Shown one piece after another: positions 31,013 to 40,237 of a stretch of 64,000 bases of DNA. Where the stretch lies: positions 128,001-192,000 of the forward strand of contig CAVPXI010000015.1 in assembly GCA_963709585.1 (NCBI GenBank), in the 5' to 3' direction. Both the position numbers and the translations under genes were made by a program. Each line of letters starts with the position of its first letter. Positions within the stretch are counted from its first letter, which is position 1. The notes below the pieces were generated by a model, which had not been told where the DNA came from, did not search any database, and saw nothing but the letters and a program-made list of their open reading frames with translations. This DNA comes from Candidatus Dormiibacterota bacterium. GTDB taxonomy: Bacteria; Chloroflexota; Dormibacteria; Aeolococcales; Aeolococcaceae.

Positions 31013-31037
31013 CTCTGGGTACATTGGCGGATGCTGC
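31013..31037 (+). repeat. Cassette-boundary site
   Basis: CTCTGG-GTACATTGGCGGATG-CTGC. Confidence 0.55.
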
Positions 31038-31345
31038 CGTGCGCGAGTGACATCTCCCCGGGAGATATGTCTCAGGATATCGACCGTTCCAGCGCCGCGT
31101 TTCGCGCCGCGATTCGAAATCAGAAAAGCGCGAGCTGGCCAATCCAGCCGTCGTGGTCGTCCAGTCCGTACCTGTGGATGACCGACGACCGGGACGGCGA
31201 CCGTCGTCCAACCTTGCCCTCAGGCCAGCTTGCAGCTCGTCTCGGCGGGTGGCTCCAGCGACGAAGTTGCAGGATGGGCTGGGCTTTCCAGGAACCGGCG
31301 CGAAGCCAGAGAGGGGACCCCCGTGACGTGGCAGAGCGGCTAGCA

Positions 31346-31750
31346 CTACGGGGTCTCTACGACACAGTTACTCAGCAAGACTCCCGACGAGAGGCGCTGT
31401 GCGTTGGCACCTTCCGTCACCGCCGTCACCGTGTTCCCGGTATGAATCGTCGCCGAGTGAGGTTCCAACTGGCATAGGGTCTTCAAACCGCTCAAAGTTT
31501 GGAATTCGAGAATCAAACCTCCGGCTCCCCTGTACACAGAGGCAACTGGTCCTCGCACCAGCAGTGTGACTTCCCTGAAATCGGAATAGAACTCGTCGGC
31601 CTTCATCGCTTGAGCCAGTTGGTCGGGTGTTACCTGACGGGCGCTCAGGGTGCCTACCCCATACGAATCGCCGGCGAAGAATGAAATCGCAGCGACTCCA
31701 ACCAGCGCACCCAGGATGGTAACCAGGATCAGAAGTCGTCCCATATTCAT
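31346..31750 (-). CDS. Membrane-anchored OB-fold-like protein
   Basis: N-terminal TM helix; VTPDQL..LLVRGPVASV..GNTVTAV pattern resembles tRNA_anti-like OB proteins. Confidence 0.55.
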   Translation of the reverse strand: MNMGRLLILVTILGALVGVAAISFFAGDSYGVGTLSARQVTPDQLAQAMKADEFYSDFREVTLLVRGPVASVYRGAGGLILEFQTLSGLKTLCQLEPHSATIHTGNTVTAVTEGANAQRLSSGVLLSNCVVETP

Positions 31751-31923
31751 TTCGGTCTCTGCCTCGTCTTTCCGTCCATCGGGAAAGACAACGTTCGATG
31801 TGGTCGACTGGTTATAGGACTTGAGGGGGAAGACGTTGGTCAGTGACTACCACGCTCGCGCATTCAGAATCGCAGACGGGCGAGATGGGCATCTCGCGCG
31901 AATAGCGGCGAGCGTGCCAAACG

Positions 31924-31952
31924 CTCTAGGAACAAACTCGTACGCTGGGGTG
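31924..31952 (+). repeat. Cassette-boundary site
   Basis: CTCTAG-GAACAAACTCGTACG-CTGGGGTG. Confidence 0.6.
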
Positions 31953-32296
31953 GCCGATCGTGCTCGGTCTGGGGGGCCGACGATCCATTCGCACGGCGCG
32001 CCGGCGACGGAGTGAGGGAGCTCGCAGGGCCTGCAGTCGGTCGGTAGTTGGCCAGTTGAAAGAGGGCCGGGCCAAAGCCCTGCGGACGTACCAGCAGGAG
32101 GTCGTCACTCCAGGGTTGAGAGGGATGTTTTTGCCTTTTGCCCGGCCCAGGCCACCAGCATAGGCGGATTGGCGAGACTTAATTTTGGGGCCAACTCGCG
32201 TTCTGCCTAGACCACTGGTCGATGGTCGGTGAGCGCATCTGCTGCCGGCGCCACGCCAGCACCATCGTCGCGCTGGGTGCCCAGTCCAAGATCGGC

Positions 32297-32325
32297 CTCT
32301 GGTGTGTTAATTGCACGCTGGGGTG
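32297..32325 (+). repeat. Cassette-boundary site
   Basis: CTCTGGTGTGTTAATTGCACGCTGGGGTG; 27/29 identical to 33710-33738. Confidence 0.8.
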
Positions 32326-32364
32326 CGCGAGGCTCTCGTAACACGACCCGATGACTGCCGGCGG

Positions 32365-33534
32365 TTAGCCCATTGTGATGGGAGCGCGCTCGACGGCCAG
32401 GCGCTCGAGCAAGCTCACCGTGGGCGCTGGCCCGGGTTGGTCAGCGATCTCTGCTTGAAGTTCTTGCGCTACCTGTCTGTAACTCTGGTCGGCAAGCACC
32501 GAGGCGACACTGTCGAGGACGTCGTTCGGGGTCAACCGCATCGGGTTCAGGCTGACACCGAATCTGAGTGCAGAGCAGCGCCGAGCGTTGGCGGGCTGAT
32601 CGGCACCCATGGCGCAGAGCACCATCGGCAGGCCGTAGGCCAGTGCTCCGATCAAGGTCCCTGAACCACCGTGGGAAACCACCAACTGGCAGTGCGGCAG
32701 GATCTCAGCTTGCGGTAGGTAGCGTTCGACATGGACGTTGGCAGGCTGTTCGCCGAGTTCCGAGGGATCGATCTGACGCCCAACAGTGACGAGTACGTTG
32801 ACCGGTAGTTGACGCAGACCGGCCAATACTCGACTGAACAGGTCACCCGACTCCAGGTTGAACTCAGTGCCCAGTGTGAAGTAGACGCTGGGGGCGCCGG
32901 CAAGGTGCAGCGGCCATGGGGCCGCGCTGTCGGCACGGCTTACCTCAACTGAGCGAAACATATGGGCTGTGGCGGGAAGCGGGAACGCGGGGTCGCGCAG
33001 CTTGAGCGGAAATGGGGACAGGACCAAATAGCGACTTGGGGCGGCGAGATCGGGATCGGAGGGAAGGCCATACTCACTCCGGACGCGGTCCAGGGTATCT
33101 GCCACCACGCTGGAGCGTACGAGGCTTCCCGCAGCGATGACCAGGACGGTGGCATATGGCACATCGAGCATCTCCGCGGCCAGCACGCTGCCGAAGTCCA
33201 CCTCGTCCGCCACGATGACGTCGGATCGCCATGCGCGGGCAAGCCTCAGCACACCCTCAGCCCTCACCCGTGCGGCCGTGTCGGCGAAGCGCTTACGCAG
33301 GTCACGCTCCTCCCGAGCCATGTCCACCTCCTTCAAGGGCATTCGCCGCGGCGGTCGAGCTGGCGGCAGCGGACCGATTCCGAAGGCGGCGAATCCTCCC
33401 GCCTCGACAATGGGCACCAGCGAGGGCTCGCATGCCACCCCCACGCTATGGCCCGCCGCCTGGGCGGCCCGAGCGATCGGAACCATCGGCTCAAAGTGCC
33501 CAACACCGCCGACGAAGCAGAAGAGGATCTGCAT
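32365..33534 (-). CDS. GT1 family glycosyltransferase (MGT/EryCIII-like)
   Basis: GVGHFEP, YFTLGT, PQAEIL..VSHGGSGT, ADQPANA. Confidence 0.92.
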   Translation of the reverse strand: MQILFCFVGGVGHFEPMVPIARAAQAAGHSVGVACEPSLVPIVEAGGFAAFGIGPLPPARPPRRMPLKEVDMAREERDLRKRFADTAARVRAEGVLRLARAWRSDVIVADEVDFGSVLAAEMLDVPYATVLVIAAGSLVRSSVVADTLDRVRSEYGLPSDPDLAAPSRYLVLSPFPLKLRDPAFPLPATAHMFRSVEVSRADSAAPWPLHLAGAPSVYFTLGTEFNLESGDLFSRVLAGLRQLPVNVLVTVGRQIDPSELGEQPANVHVERYLPQAEILPHCQLVVSHGGSGTLIGALAYGLPMVLCAMGADQPANARRCSALRFGVSLNPMRLTPNDVLDSVASVLADQSYRQVAQELQAEIADQPGPAPTVSLLERLAVERAPITMG

Positions 33535-33709
33535 ACCGCCATCCTCCATGCATTCGCGCCGGCCGCGTCGCGGCAAACGACGGCAGAGGTGTGGGCTGAA
33601 CTTGTCGCGGTGACCCTGCGGTCAGCAGTTTTGGAGAACCTCGTGCTTCTCTGCCAAGGCTTACTCGTACGCCCGATTGAGCCCGGCAACGCCGCCGCCA
33701 TTCGATCGG

Positions 33710-33738
33710 CTCTGGTGTGCAAATTGCACGCTGGGGTG
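33710..33738 (+). repeat. Cassette-boundary site
   Basis: CTCTGGTGTGCAAATTGCACGCTGGGGTG. Confidence 0.8.
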
Positions 33739-33900
33739 AGCATGCCTTCTGGCATCTGATGCGTCGAACCTGTGAGCGAAAGCGATTAGCTCGCGTCGGC
33801 CAACCGTGAGCGTCCGTCGCCGCGGCCCGACCCGCAGCAGGCGCCCACTACATGTGTCCCGCCACATGGAGGCCGATGTCTGCGCTCGCAAGCTGCCGGA

Positions 33901-34656
33901 TCAGACGCGGTGAAGCATCCAGATGTTCGGTTCCCAATACGACCCCACACCGTCTCGGACACTGAGTGGCGCAAGCCCTGCGGGAAAGACGTAGTCCCCG
34001 TCCTCCGGGAACGTCATTCCCGTCCAGTCCTCCCAGTCATGTACGGGCGCCTCGATCTCTAGCGATCTCGTCTCCGTGCGCAGAATGGTCGCGCCTAGGC
34101 GTACGTGAACGCGCACCCACGGATCGAATGGCATACCGTCATTTCGTACCCACTGTGCATACCGATCGATCGGGGTCAACGGGTATCGGTCCTTCCAGCT
34201 CGGACGGACGGGTGCGACGAGCGGGGTCAGCCCGGCGCGTTGGGCGACTGCTGTCATCGACTTGATGATCAGCGCGCTTAGGCCCCTGCGTTGCTGGTCC
34301 TGGGTGACTTCGGCTGCAAGCGCCGAGAGGGCGGTGGGCGGCTCGGGATCATCGATCGCGCGGAGCCCCAGCGCATCGATTCCCGCCGGAAGATCTTCAA
34401 GGGTGCCGTCCCATCGAAACGGAATCGTTCTTCCCCGGCCTGCGATGCGATCCCTGCTGGCGTCGTAAAGCAGGACCTGGAGACGCGCGTGCTTCGGGTA
34501 GAGCGCGCCGAAATATTTCCACGTGTGGTTGCCATGCATGTTGTACTCCGGCCACACAGTCTCGAACAGCGAGCGTGAACGCTCCCACAGGTCGGGTCGC
34601 TGCTCTGCGGTGAACACCTCGATCGGATCAGCGGACGAGGACCTGGATACCCGCAT
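33901..34656 (-). CDS. GNAT-like acetyltransferase family protein
   Basis: QQRRGLS, APVRPSWK..YP, DPWVRVHVRLG, YWEPNIW; RBS GAGGA. Confidence 0.75.
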   Translation of the reverse strand: MRVSRSSSADPIEVFTAEQRPDLWERSRSLFETVWPEYNMHGNHTWKYFGALYPKHARLQVLLYDASRDRIAGRGRTIPFRWDGTLEDLPAGIDALGLRAIDDPEPPTALSALAAEVTQDQQRRGLSALIIKSMTAVAQRAGLTPLVAPVRPSWKDRYPLTPIDRYAQWVRNDGMPFDPWVRVHVRLGATILRTETRSLEIEAPVHDWEDWTGMTFPEDGDYVFPAGLAPLSVRDGVGSYWEPNIWMLHRV

Positions 34657-34828
34657 TATTTCCTCTACTTCGTGGTGAGCCACGTTGGAAACATGTTGAT
34701 GCGGTGGCCACCACGACGCTCCCAAAGTATGAGAGCTAGGCGTGGACCCTAGGTGATCGCTACCGCCCCGTCCGCCTCACTCTTCCAAGCTCGCTCGGCG
34801 GGGCGCAAATTCGACTATGAAGACGTTC

Positions 34829-34862
34829 CTCAGGTGTGTTCGTTGCGCGATGGGATGCGCGA
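34829..34862 (+). repeat. Cassette-boundary site
   Basis: CTCAGGTGTGTTCGTTGCGCGATGGGATGCGCGA; 28/34 to 32297-32330. Confidence 0.7.
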
Positions 34863-34947
34863 CGATGGTTCTTTCGGCTCACTCTAACTCGGCTAGAGCA
34901 CCGTTGCAACCGTTACGCCAGGACGCTGAATTCGAATACTGCGTCTG

Positions 34948-35562
34948 TCACCAGATCAAGGGCACCAGGCGTTTGTGGGCTGCCGCGTAGTCGCTATAGC
35001 CGTTACCGAGGTTCTGCATCAGTGCCCGCTCCTCTACTCGAATGCGGAACACAAGACCGCTTGCAACGACGACGGTGAGGACCACCAGCGAATACCAGTT
35101 GCCGATGAACAAGCCCACAGCCATGAAGACTAGGAGCAGCCCAGTATAGCTTGGGTGCCGGACCACCCTGTAAGGCCCGTCGGTGATCACCGGCTGATCA
35201 CTGCTCGTCTGCACGGTGAATGTGAAGTACCGACCCAATGTACGAAAGCTCCAGAGCCGCAGGGAGATGCCGCCCCAGAACAGCGCGAGCGCGATCCAGT
35301 CAGCGAGCGCGGCGGGCCGGATCGTCGCCGACTGTGCCACCCCCGGGAGCAAGCTCGCCACGAGTGCGCCGACCCCGACGATGAGCCGAAAGAGGACCTC
35401 GCTGCCCCAGTTGGCCTTCACTCCTTCGGGTCGGTGGGTGACGCTCTGGCGCAGTTCCAGCACCACCCAGATTGCCGCTGTGCCGAGCAGGATCCAGCGG
35501 AAGACCGGTGATGTCGCTGCCAACGGGTTCACAGGCAAGTCCCAGGTTCGGTGCTCCTGCAA
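34948..35562 (-). CDS. Isoprenylcysteine carboxylmethyltransferase family protein
   Basis: LGRYFT, GPYRVVRHPSYTG, RIRVEERAL; start uncertain. Confidence 0.88.
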   Translation of the reverse strand: MQEHRTWDLPVNPLAATSPVFRWILLGTAAIWVVLELRQSVTHRPEGVKANWGSEVLFRLIVGVGALVASLLPGVAQSATIRPAALADWIALALFWGGISLRLWSFRTLGRYFTFTVQTSSDQPVITDGPYRVVRHPSYTGLLLVFMAVGLFIGNWYSLVVLTVVVASGLVFRIRVEERALMQNLGNGYSDYAAAHKRLVPLIW

Positions 35563-35897
35563 AACCGTCGCCTTCGTAGCGGTTGCCTCGGGACTAATGC
35601 CTGACCTTGCACCGCTGAGTCAGGTGCCGCCTCGACCAACGCGGCCCACGTTGTTCTCTGCTGATAAGCCGGGTATTCATTGGGAGGCTTCATCGCGACG
35701 TTGGCCGGCAGGTCGGTCGTGTCCGTCGTGGTTGCTGCGAAGACGCGGGTTCAGATGCGCCCGCGAAGCTTGCTGCTGCGTCGAACACGCCCTTACTCCG
35801 CGACCGCGCGCAGAACGTCGACGCGTGATGCCCGGATGGCGACAGCTGCGAGGAGGCCGAAGCACGCTGCGGCGGCGGCATAAAGGAGCATCAGCAC

Positions 35898-36377
35898 CTA
35901 CGACTCTCCCGTATTTCGTTCCAGCAGGACGAGAGGAATCACGCGCGTGATGTGCCGCTGGGACACGTCGTATCGACCCCGCGCGCCCGGGTGCATGATC
36001 GGAGCCAAACCCATGTTGTGGCGGTTGACGAGCGGCCACAGCCGTTCGCGCTCCTCAGCTGAGGCCACCCAGGCTCGCGCTGAGAATTTGTTTCGACGTA
36101 TTTGGACCCTCACCCCGGGATGGGCTTGAAGATTCAGCAGCCAGGACGGCGGATGATCGCTCCCTCCGTTGGAGGCCACCACGACCAACCGTTCGCCATC
36201 CTTGAGGTAGATAAGGGCGGTGGTTCGCGGTTTACCGCTTCTTCGCCCTGTGGTCGTCAGGAGCAAAGCCCGGCCAGCCACTATCCGCGAGCCGATGAGT
36301 TCTCCCGAGTGGCGGTAGACGAACTGATGGAGCTTGAGGTAGGGAACTTGCAGCGTGGCCGCGGGGGTATAACGCAC
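35898..36377 (-). CDS. Deazaflavin (F420)-dependent nitroreductase family (DDN) protein
   Basis: LLLTTTGRRSGKPR, VVASNGG..HPPSWLLNL..P; start uncertain. Confidence 0.82.
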   Translation of the reverse strand: MRYTPAATLQVPYLKLHQFVYRHSGELIGSRIVAGRALLLTTTGRRSGKPRTTALIYLKDGERLVVVASNGGSDHPPSWLLNLQAHPGVRVQIRRNKFSARAWVASAEERERLWPLVNRHNMGLAPIMHPGARGRYDVSQRHITRVIPLVLLERNTGES

Positions 36378-36574
36378 TCGTCTGACTCTCTCTTGTCGAT
36401 GTCCGGCAGTCACCAATGATGATCGTGCCGCGAACGTCGCTGTCAGGGACTGCCTCGGCGGTCGTGCTCTTCGTCTCTCTGGAACACCGCGACTGCGTTC
36501 TCCAATCCAATCACGGTGGTCGGACCGGTCAAGGTCGCGATGTGGTTCCGACGCCGCGATCGGTACCACCGAGC

Positions 36575-36599
36575 CTCTGGTAACAATCTGTTACGCCAT
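36575..36599 (+). repeat. Cassette-boundary site, variant
   Basis: CTCTGG-TAACAATCTGTTACG-CCAT; first 13 nt identical to 38545-38557. Confidence 0.5.
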
Positions 36600-37199
36600 G
36601 GTGCGCGAGAGATTCCTCACGCGGCCGCAGGGCGACGACCGTGAACGTCGGCCTGTCCACGTTCACGCCGCCGGAGGCGTCCCGAGTACGCAGGACGGCG
36701 GGCAGAAACATGTACTGGCTTCGCGGTCGGGGTACGGCTGGGCCGCGTCGCCTCGGCTCTCGGCCGACCTCGGCTCGACGTCAGCCTCAGCCGCTAATAC
36801 GACTTGCTTCGCTCAACGCGCCTGGGACGCACGAACCTTCTCGGCCAACTGTGCAAATCCATCGGCCGCTCCTTCCGAGGATCCGAAGTGATCGCTCCCA
36901 TACTTTCTTAGCTGGTTGTAAATGGTGGGCGAGACATAGCCACGCTTCGGGTTGGCGCGATAGAACGCCGCCAGCAGTACAAGAGATTCGCCGACGACTT
37001 CGCGTTCGTCCGAAGACAGGCCGTCCATCTGCCACATAGTAGGTTGGCGGCCCACGCTACGGCAAGCTCGGCGGGCCGGTCTTGAAGAGGTTGTGGCCGA
37101 GCACAAAGATCAATCTGACGGCCCTGGAGAGAATCCCGGCCTACCGCCGCTGACGTCGCGCCACGCTCCAACTGGCTTGGCGCGTGGCCTCGGGGTCTT

Positions 37200-37560
37200 C
37201 ACACTCTTTAACAGCCCTGTCTTCAGTGATTACGAGGACAACTGGATCGGCGGCAATGCGACGATCAGCGACATCACGTCGTGCTACCTCGGCATCGCCC
37301 GCAACCACGTCGTCGGTGACCTTCGCGTGCTCAACAACCAGTACGCCGACCCTGATGCAATCGAGATCACCTCGAACCACATCGCCGGCGACCTGGTGTG
37401 CCGAGAGAACAGCGCCGTTTGGGATAGCTCCGAAACCTCGTCGACGAGCAACTTCCCGCGCACGCCGAAGCCCAACTCGGTCGGCGGCGAGCGGGCCGGA
37501 CAGTGCGTGCTGGCCACCAAGACGACGTTGCACGGCCATAAGGGTCCTGGTCCCTTCTGA
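37200..37560 (+). pseudogene. 3' fragment of a secreted beta-rich protein
   Basis: Coding-like EDNWIGGN..NHVVGD..DPDAIEI..NSVGGERAGQC with no plausible 5' half. Confidence 0.55.
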
Positions 37561-37574
37561 GCCAAGGGACTTAT

Positions 37575-37615
37575 GTCGAGCAGGGACGGACCGTCGCGTC
37601 CGTCCTTGCTTCGAC
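37575..37615. terminator. Strong stem-loop after the stop codon
   Basis: GTCGAGCAGGGACGGAC / GTCCGTCCTTGCTTCGAC. Confidence 0.55.
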
Positions 37616-37782
37616 GGCAGTGCGCTTCGAGGCAACTGATCGCTGGAACTTCGGGCGCCGCTCCGAGCATGTCGAAGCGCGGATAGTGAGCCCGCGCCCA
37701 CTTACTATTTCTCGATGTAGGCCGTCATCGGGGGAGGACGCCGTTGCCCTCCATCTGGGCAGCCGCTTCGGGTGAGGCCGGA

Positions 37783-37828
37783 TGACAAGGTGGCTTGACA
37801 TCCACGTGGAAGACAAGCTAACTTTACA
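37783..37828 (+). promoter_or_regulatory. Sigma70-type promoter overlapped by two XRE operator-like boxes
   Basis: TTGACA-N18-TAACTT, 7 nt before ATG; GACAAG-N4-CTTGACA and GACAAG-N4-CTTTACA. Confidence 0.6.
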
Positions 37829-37831
37829 TCG

Positions 37832-38038
37832 ATGCAGAACCGGGTACGCGACCTTCGCCTCGGCAGACGCCTAACCCAGGAGGAGTTGGCCACCCGCCTG
37901 GGGGTGTCGCGTCAGACCGTCAACTCCATCGAGGTGGGTCGCTACACCCCTTCCCTGCCCCTGGCCCTCGCGCTGGCACGCTATTTCACCACCACTGTTG
38001 AGGAGATGTTCTATGACAGCCGTGCATCACTACCGTAA
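37832..38038 (+). CDS. XRE-family HTH regulator
   Basis: LTQEELA..VSRQTVNSIE.GRY.PSL. Confidence 0.93.
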   Translation: MQNRVRDLRLGRRLTQEELATRLGVSRQTVNSIEVGRYTPSLPLALALARYFTTTVEEMFYDSRASLP

Positions 38039-38399
38039 GTGGGCGGGGTCCGCCCTGATCCTCGCCTTCGGCCTAGCCGTGTTCGCGGCCTCGCTCGCTT
38101 GGGGGCACCCAGACGACGGAATCTGGGCGTTGGCGCTCTCTACTGTCTTCGCGGGCGCGCTCGCGGTCGGCGGTCGCAGCGAGTTGGTTCGCTCCATGCG
38201 TGGTGACGGTGACGAGCGCGCCGCCCACATCACCAACCTGACCAATCTCATCGTGCTCAATGTCGCCGGGCTGGCCGCCGTCGCAGGGGCGGTGGTCGAA
38301 CAGGCGAAGGGATTCCACTCCGGACCGTGGACCCTCGCATGCGTCATCGGTGGCGGCGTCTACTTCTTGGCCTTCATCGTGGTTCGCGCCATGGTATGA
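38013..38399 (+). CDS. Small 4-TM membrane protein (DUF2178-like)
   Basis: GDER motif between TM pairs; overlaps the XRE gene. Confidence 0.75.
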   Translation: MTAVHHYRKWAGSALILAFGLAVFAASLAWGHPDDGIWALALSTVFAGALAVGGRSELVRSMRGDGDERAAHITNLTNLIVLNVAGLAAVAGAVVEQAKGFHSGPWTLACVIGGGVYFLAFIVVRAMV

Positions 38400-38544
38400 C
38401 GTGAGCCCTGCTTACTCGCGTTCGGAGGCTGCCTTCTCCTGGGCGGCCGGCTTGGTGACCTTCAGTCATCGCCGCCGCTTCGTCGCCGGCACGCGCTGTT
38501 CACCGTAGTCTGGCTGCGCCCCACCACCTTCCGGCACCTCCCGG

Positions 38545-38569
38545 CTCTGGTAACAATTTGGCGCACTCG
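38545..38569 (+). repeat. Cassette-boundary site, variant
   Basis: CTCTGG-TAACAATTTGGCGCA-CTCG. Confidence 0.5.
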
Positions 38570-38650
38570 TGTGTGCCACGCCATTCACATTTGGTACCGG
38601 CGCGCGCGCCCAACGTTGGAAGGACATTTCGGGGATGCGGCAGAAGGGAG

Positions 38651-38879
38651 GACGTTCTTAAGACCCACAGGGTGGGGGCCCGCTCGGAGCGCCCCATCCC
38701 TGTAACGGAACGTCAGATCTTCGGCCGCGGAGCCCACGTCCTGTGACCACCGCAACCTCGAGCCAGCGGTACATGACGTCGGCTTCACGAAGTGGAGCGA
38801 TGACGTTGCTGTGGCGGGCAGGGACCCGTTGCAGCCGCCCCCCTACGGTCGTGATGCCCGCGACGACGTCAATCGCTTC
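38651..38879 (+). ncRNA. Candidate structured leader: three tandem long hairpins
   Basis: Arms 38651-38714, 38719-38792 and 38794-38879, each with nested stems (see findings). Confidence 0.45.
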
Positions 38880-38917
38880 GTCCCGCCGGGCTCATCGGCA
38901 TCATCGGGGGCTCGACA

Positions 38918-39523
38918 GTGAATCGACCGGAAGACCAGCGCAAGCGCAGAGACAGGAGGCCGCTCGGTCTCGTCGCCCTGATCGGCGGCACCATCGCGGC
39001 CGCCTGTCTCATCGGTTTCGGGGGCCTCGCCGCCTGGACCGTGACCACCCAGAACGCGGGCAACACCTTTGCTGCCGGCAGCGTTCACCACACCAACCTC
39101 GCCAAGCTCAACGGCGCCGGCGTGGGCACCTCCTGCACCGACCAGGCGGGCGTGTGCGGGGTCATCTTCACGCTCGCCAACGCCAAGCCGGGCAGCTCGG
39201 TCAGCGGCACCGTGCAGATCACCAACAACGCGGGCTCGCTGCCGAGCACCTTCTCGCTCAGCCTCTCGTCGTCCAGCGGCGCCCTCTGCGCCAGCCTCAA
39301 CGCCAGCATCACCGACAACGAGACCGTTGCCCAGAACTTCTACAACGGCACCCTCTCGGCGATGGGCGCGCAGAGCCTCAAGTCGAGCGCCGGCAACCTC
39401 AGCTGGCCCGCCAGCGACACCGGCACCTACACCTTCACGATCACGCTTCCCGCGAGCAGCGCCAACACCGACATGGGCCAGACCTGCACCGCGGCCTACA
39501 CCTGGACCCAGACCAACAGCTGA
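38918..39523 (+). CDS. TasA/CalY-like secreted fibre subunit with SipW-type signal peptide
   Basis: GGLA|AWT..NAGNTFAAG, NAKPG..GTVQITNN.GS, terminal YTWTQTN strand; adjacent to sipW. Confidence 0.75.
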   Translation: MNRPEDQRKRRDRRPLGLVALIGGTIAAACLIGFGGLAAWTVTTQNAGNTFAAGSVHHTNLAKLNGAGVGTSCTDQAGVCGVIFTLANAKPGSSVSGTVQITNNAGSLPSTFSLSLSSSSGALCASLNASITDNETVAQNFYNGTLSAMGAQSLKSSAGNLSWPASDTGTYTFTITLPASSANTDMGQTCTAAYTWTQTNS

Positions 39524-39541
39524 CCTAGATTCGCGAGGGGC

Positions 39542-39571
39542 AGGGAGGCCGGTCCGCCGACCGGTCTCCCT
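39542..39571 (+). terminator. Intercistronic stem-loop after the tasA-like gene
   Basis: AGGGAGGCCGGTC-CGCC-GACCGGTCTCCCT. Confidence 0.6.
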
Positions 39572-39599
39572 CGCCTGTCACCAGCTCAGGAGATCACCA

Positions 39600-40235
39600 A
39601 TGGCCATGAGCGCATCGAGCCTGCCGACCGGCGTCGCCGATGCCGGCTTGGGCTCGCTGGCGCGGCCCTCTGACGGTCCCGCCGGCGCCACACCCACAGC
39701 CACGATCCGCGCCCGACTGTGCGGCGCGCTGCGCCACGGCGGCAACCTCGCCCTGGCGGCGCTGGCCACAGTCCTGGTGGTGTTCACGTCGCTCATCGTC
39801 GCCGGAGCGGTGACCGGCCACCACTTCGAGCAGGTGATCACCGCCAGCATGGTGCCGACCATCCCGGTGGGCTCGCTGGTGGTCACCGAGCACGTGACCG
39901 CGAGCAGCCTGGTGGTTGGCAACGTGCTCGTCTTCACCAAGCCCGGCAACGTCAGTGAGGTGATCGTCCACCGCATCGCCAGCATCACCCGGGCCGATGA
40001 CGGCTCCATCCTGGTGCAGACCAAGGGCGACGCCAACCACGCGCCCGATCCCTGGCTGATCAAGCAGAGCGCCGGCGGCGCCGCCGACCGCGCCGTCTAC
40101 GTGATGCCGGGGCTGGGGACGGTCGCGTCCGAAGGGCGCAGCGTGCTCATCCTGGTGCTGCCCGCCCTGCTCATCACCTACCTGGTCAGCTGGTCGCGCC
40201 GTCGCTACCACGCCATGGTCGGGACGCAGGCCTGA
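39600..40235 (+). CDS. sipW: Signal peptidase I, SipW/ER type (S26B)
   Basis: TASMVP (Ser), IVHRI (His), TKGDAN; RBS AGGAG. Confidence 0.85.
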   Translation: MAMSASSLPTGVADAGLGSLARPSDGPAGATPTATIRARLCGALRHGGNLALAALATVLVVFTSLIVAGAVTGHHFEQVITASMVPTIPVGSLVVTEHVTASSLVVGNVLVFTKPGNVSEVIVHRIASITRADDGSILVQTKGDANHAPDPWLIKQSAGGAADRAVYVMPGLGTVASEGRSVLILVLPALLITYLVSWSRRRYHAMVGTQA

Positions 40236-40237
40236 CC

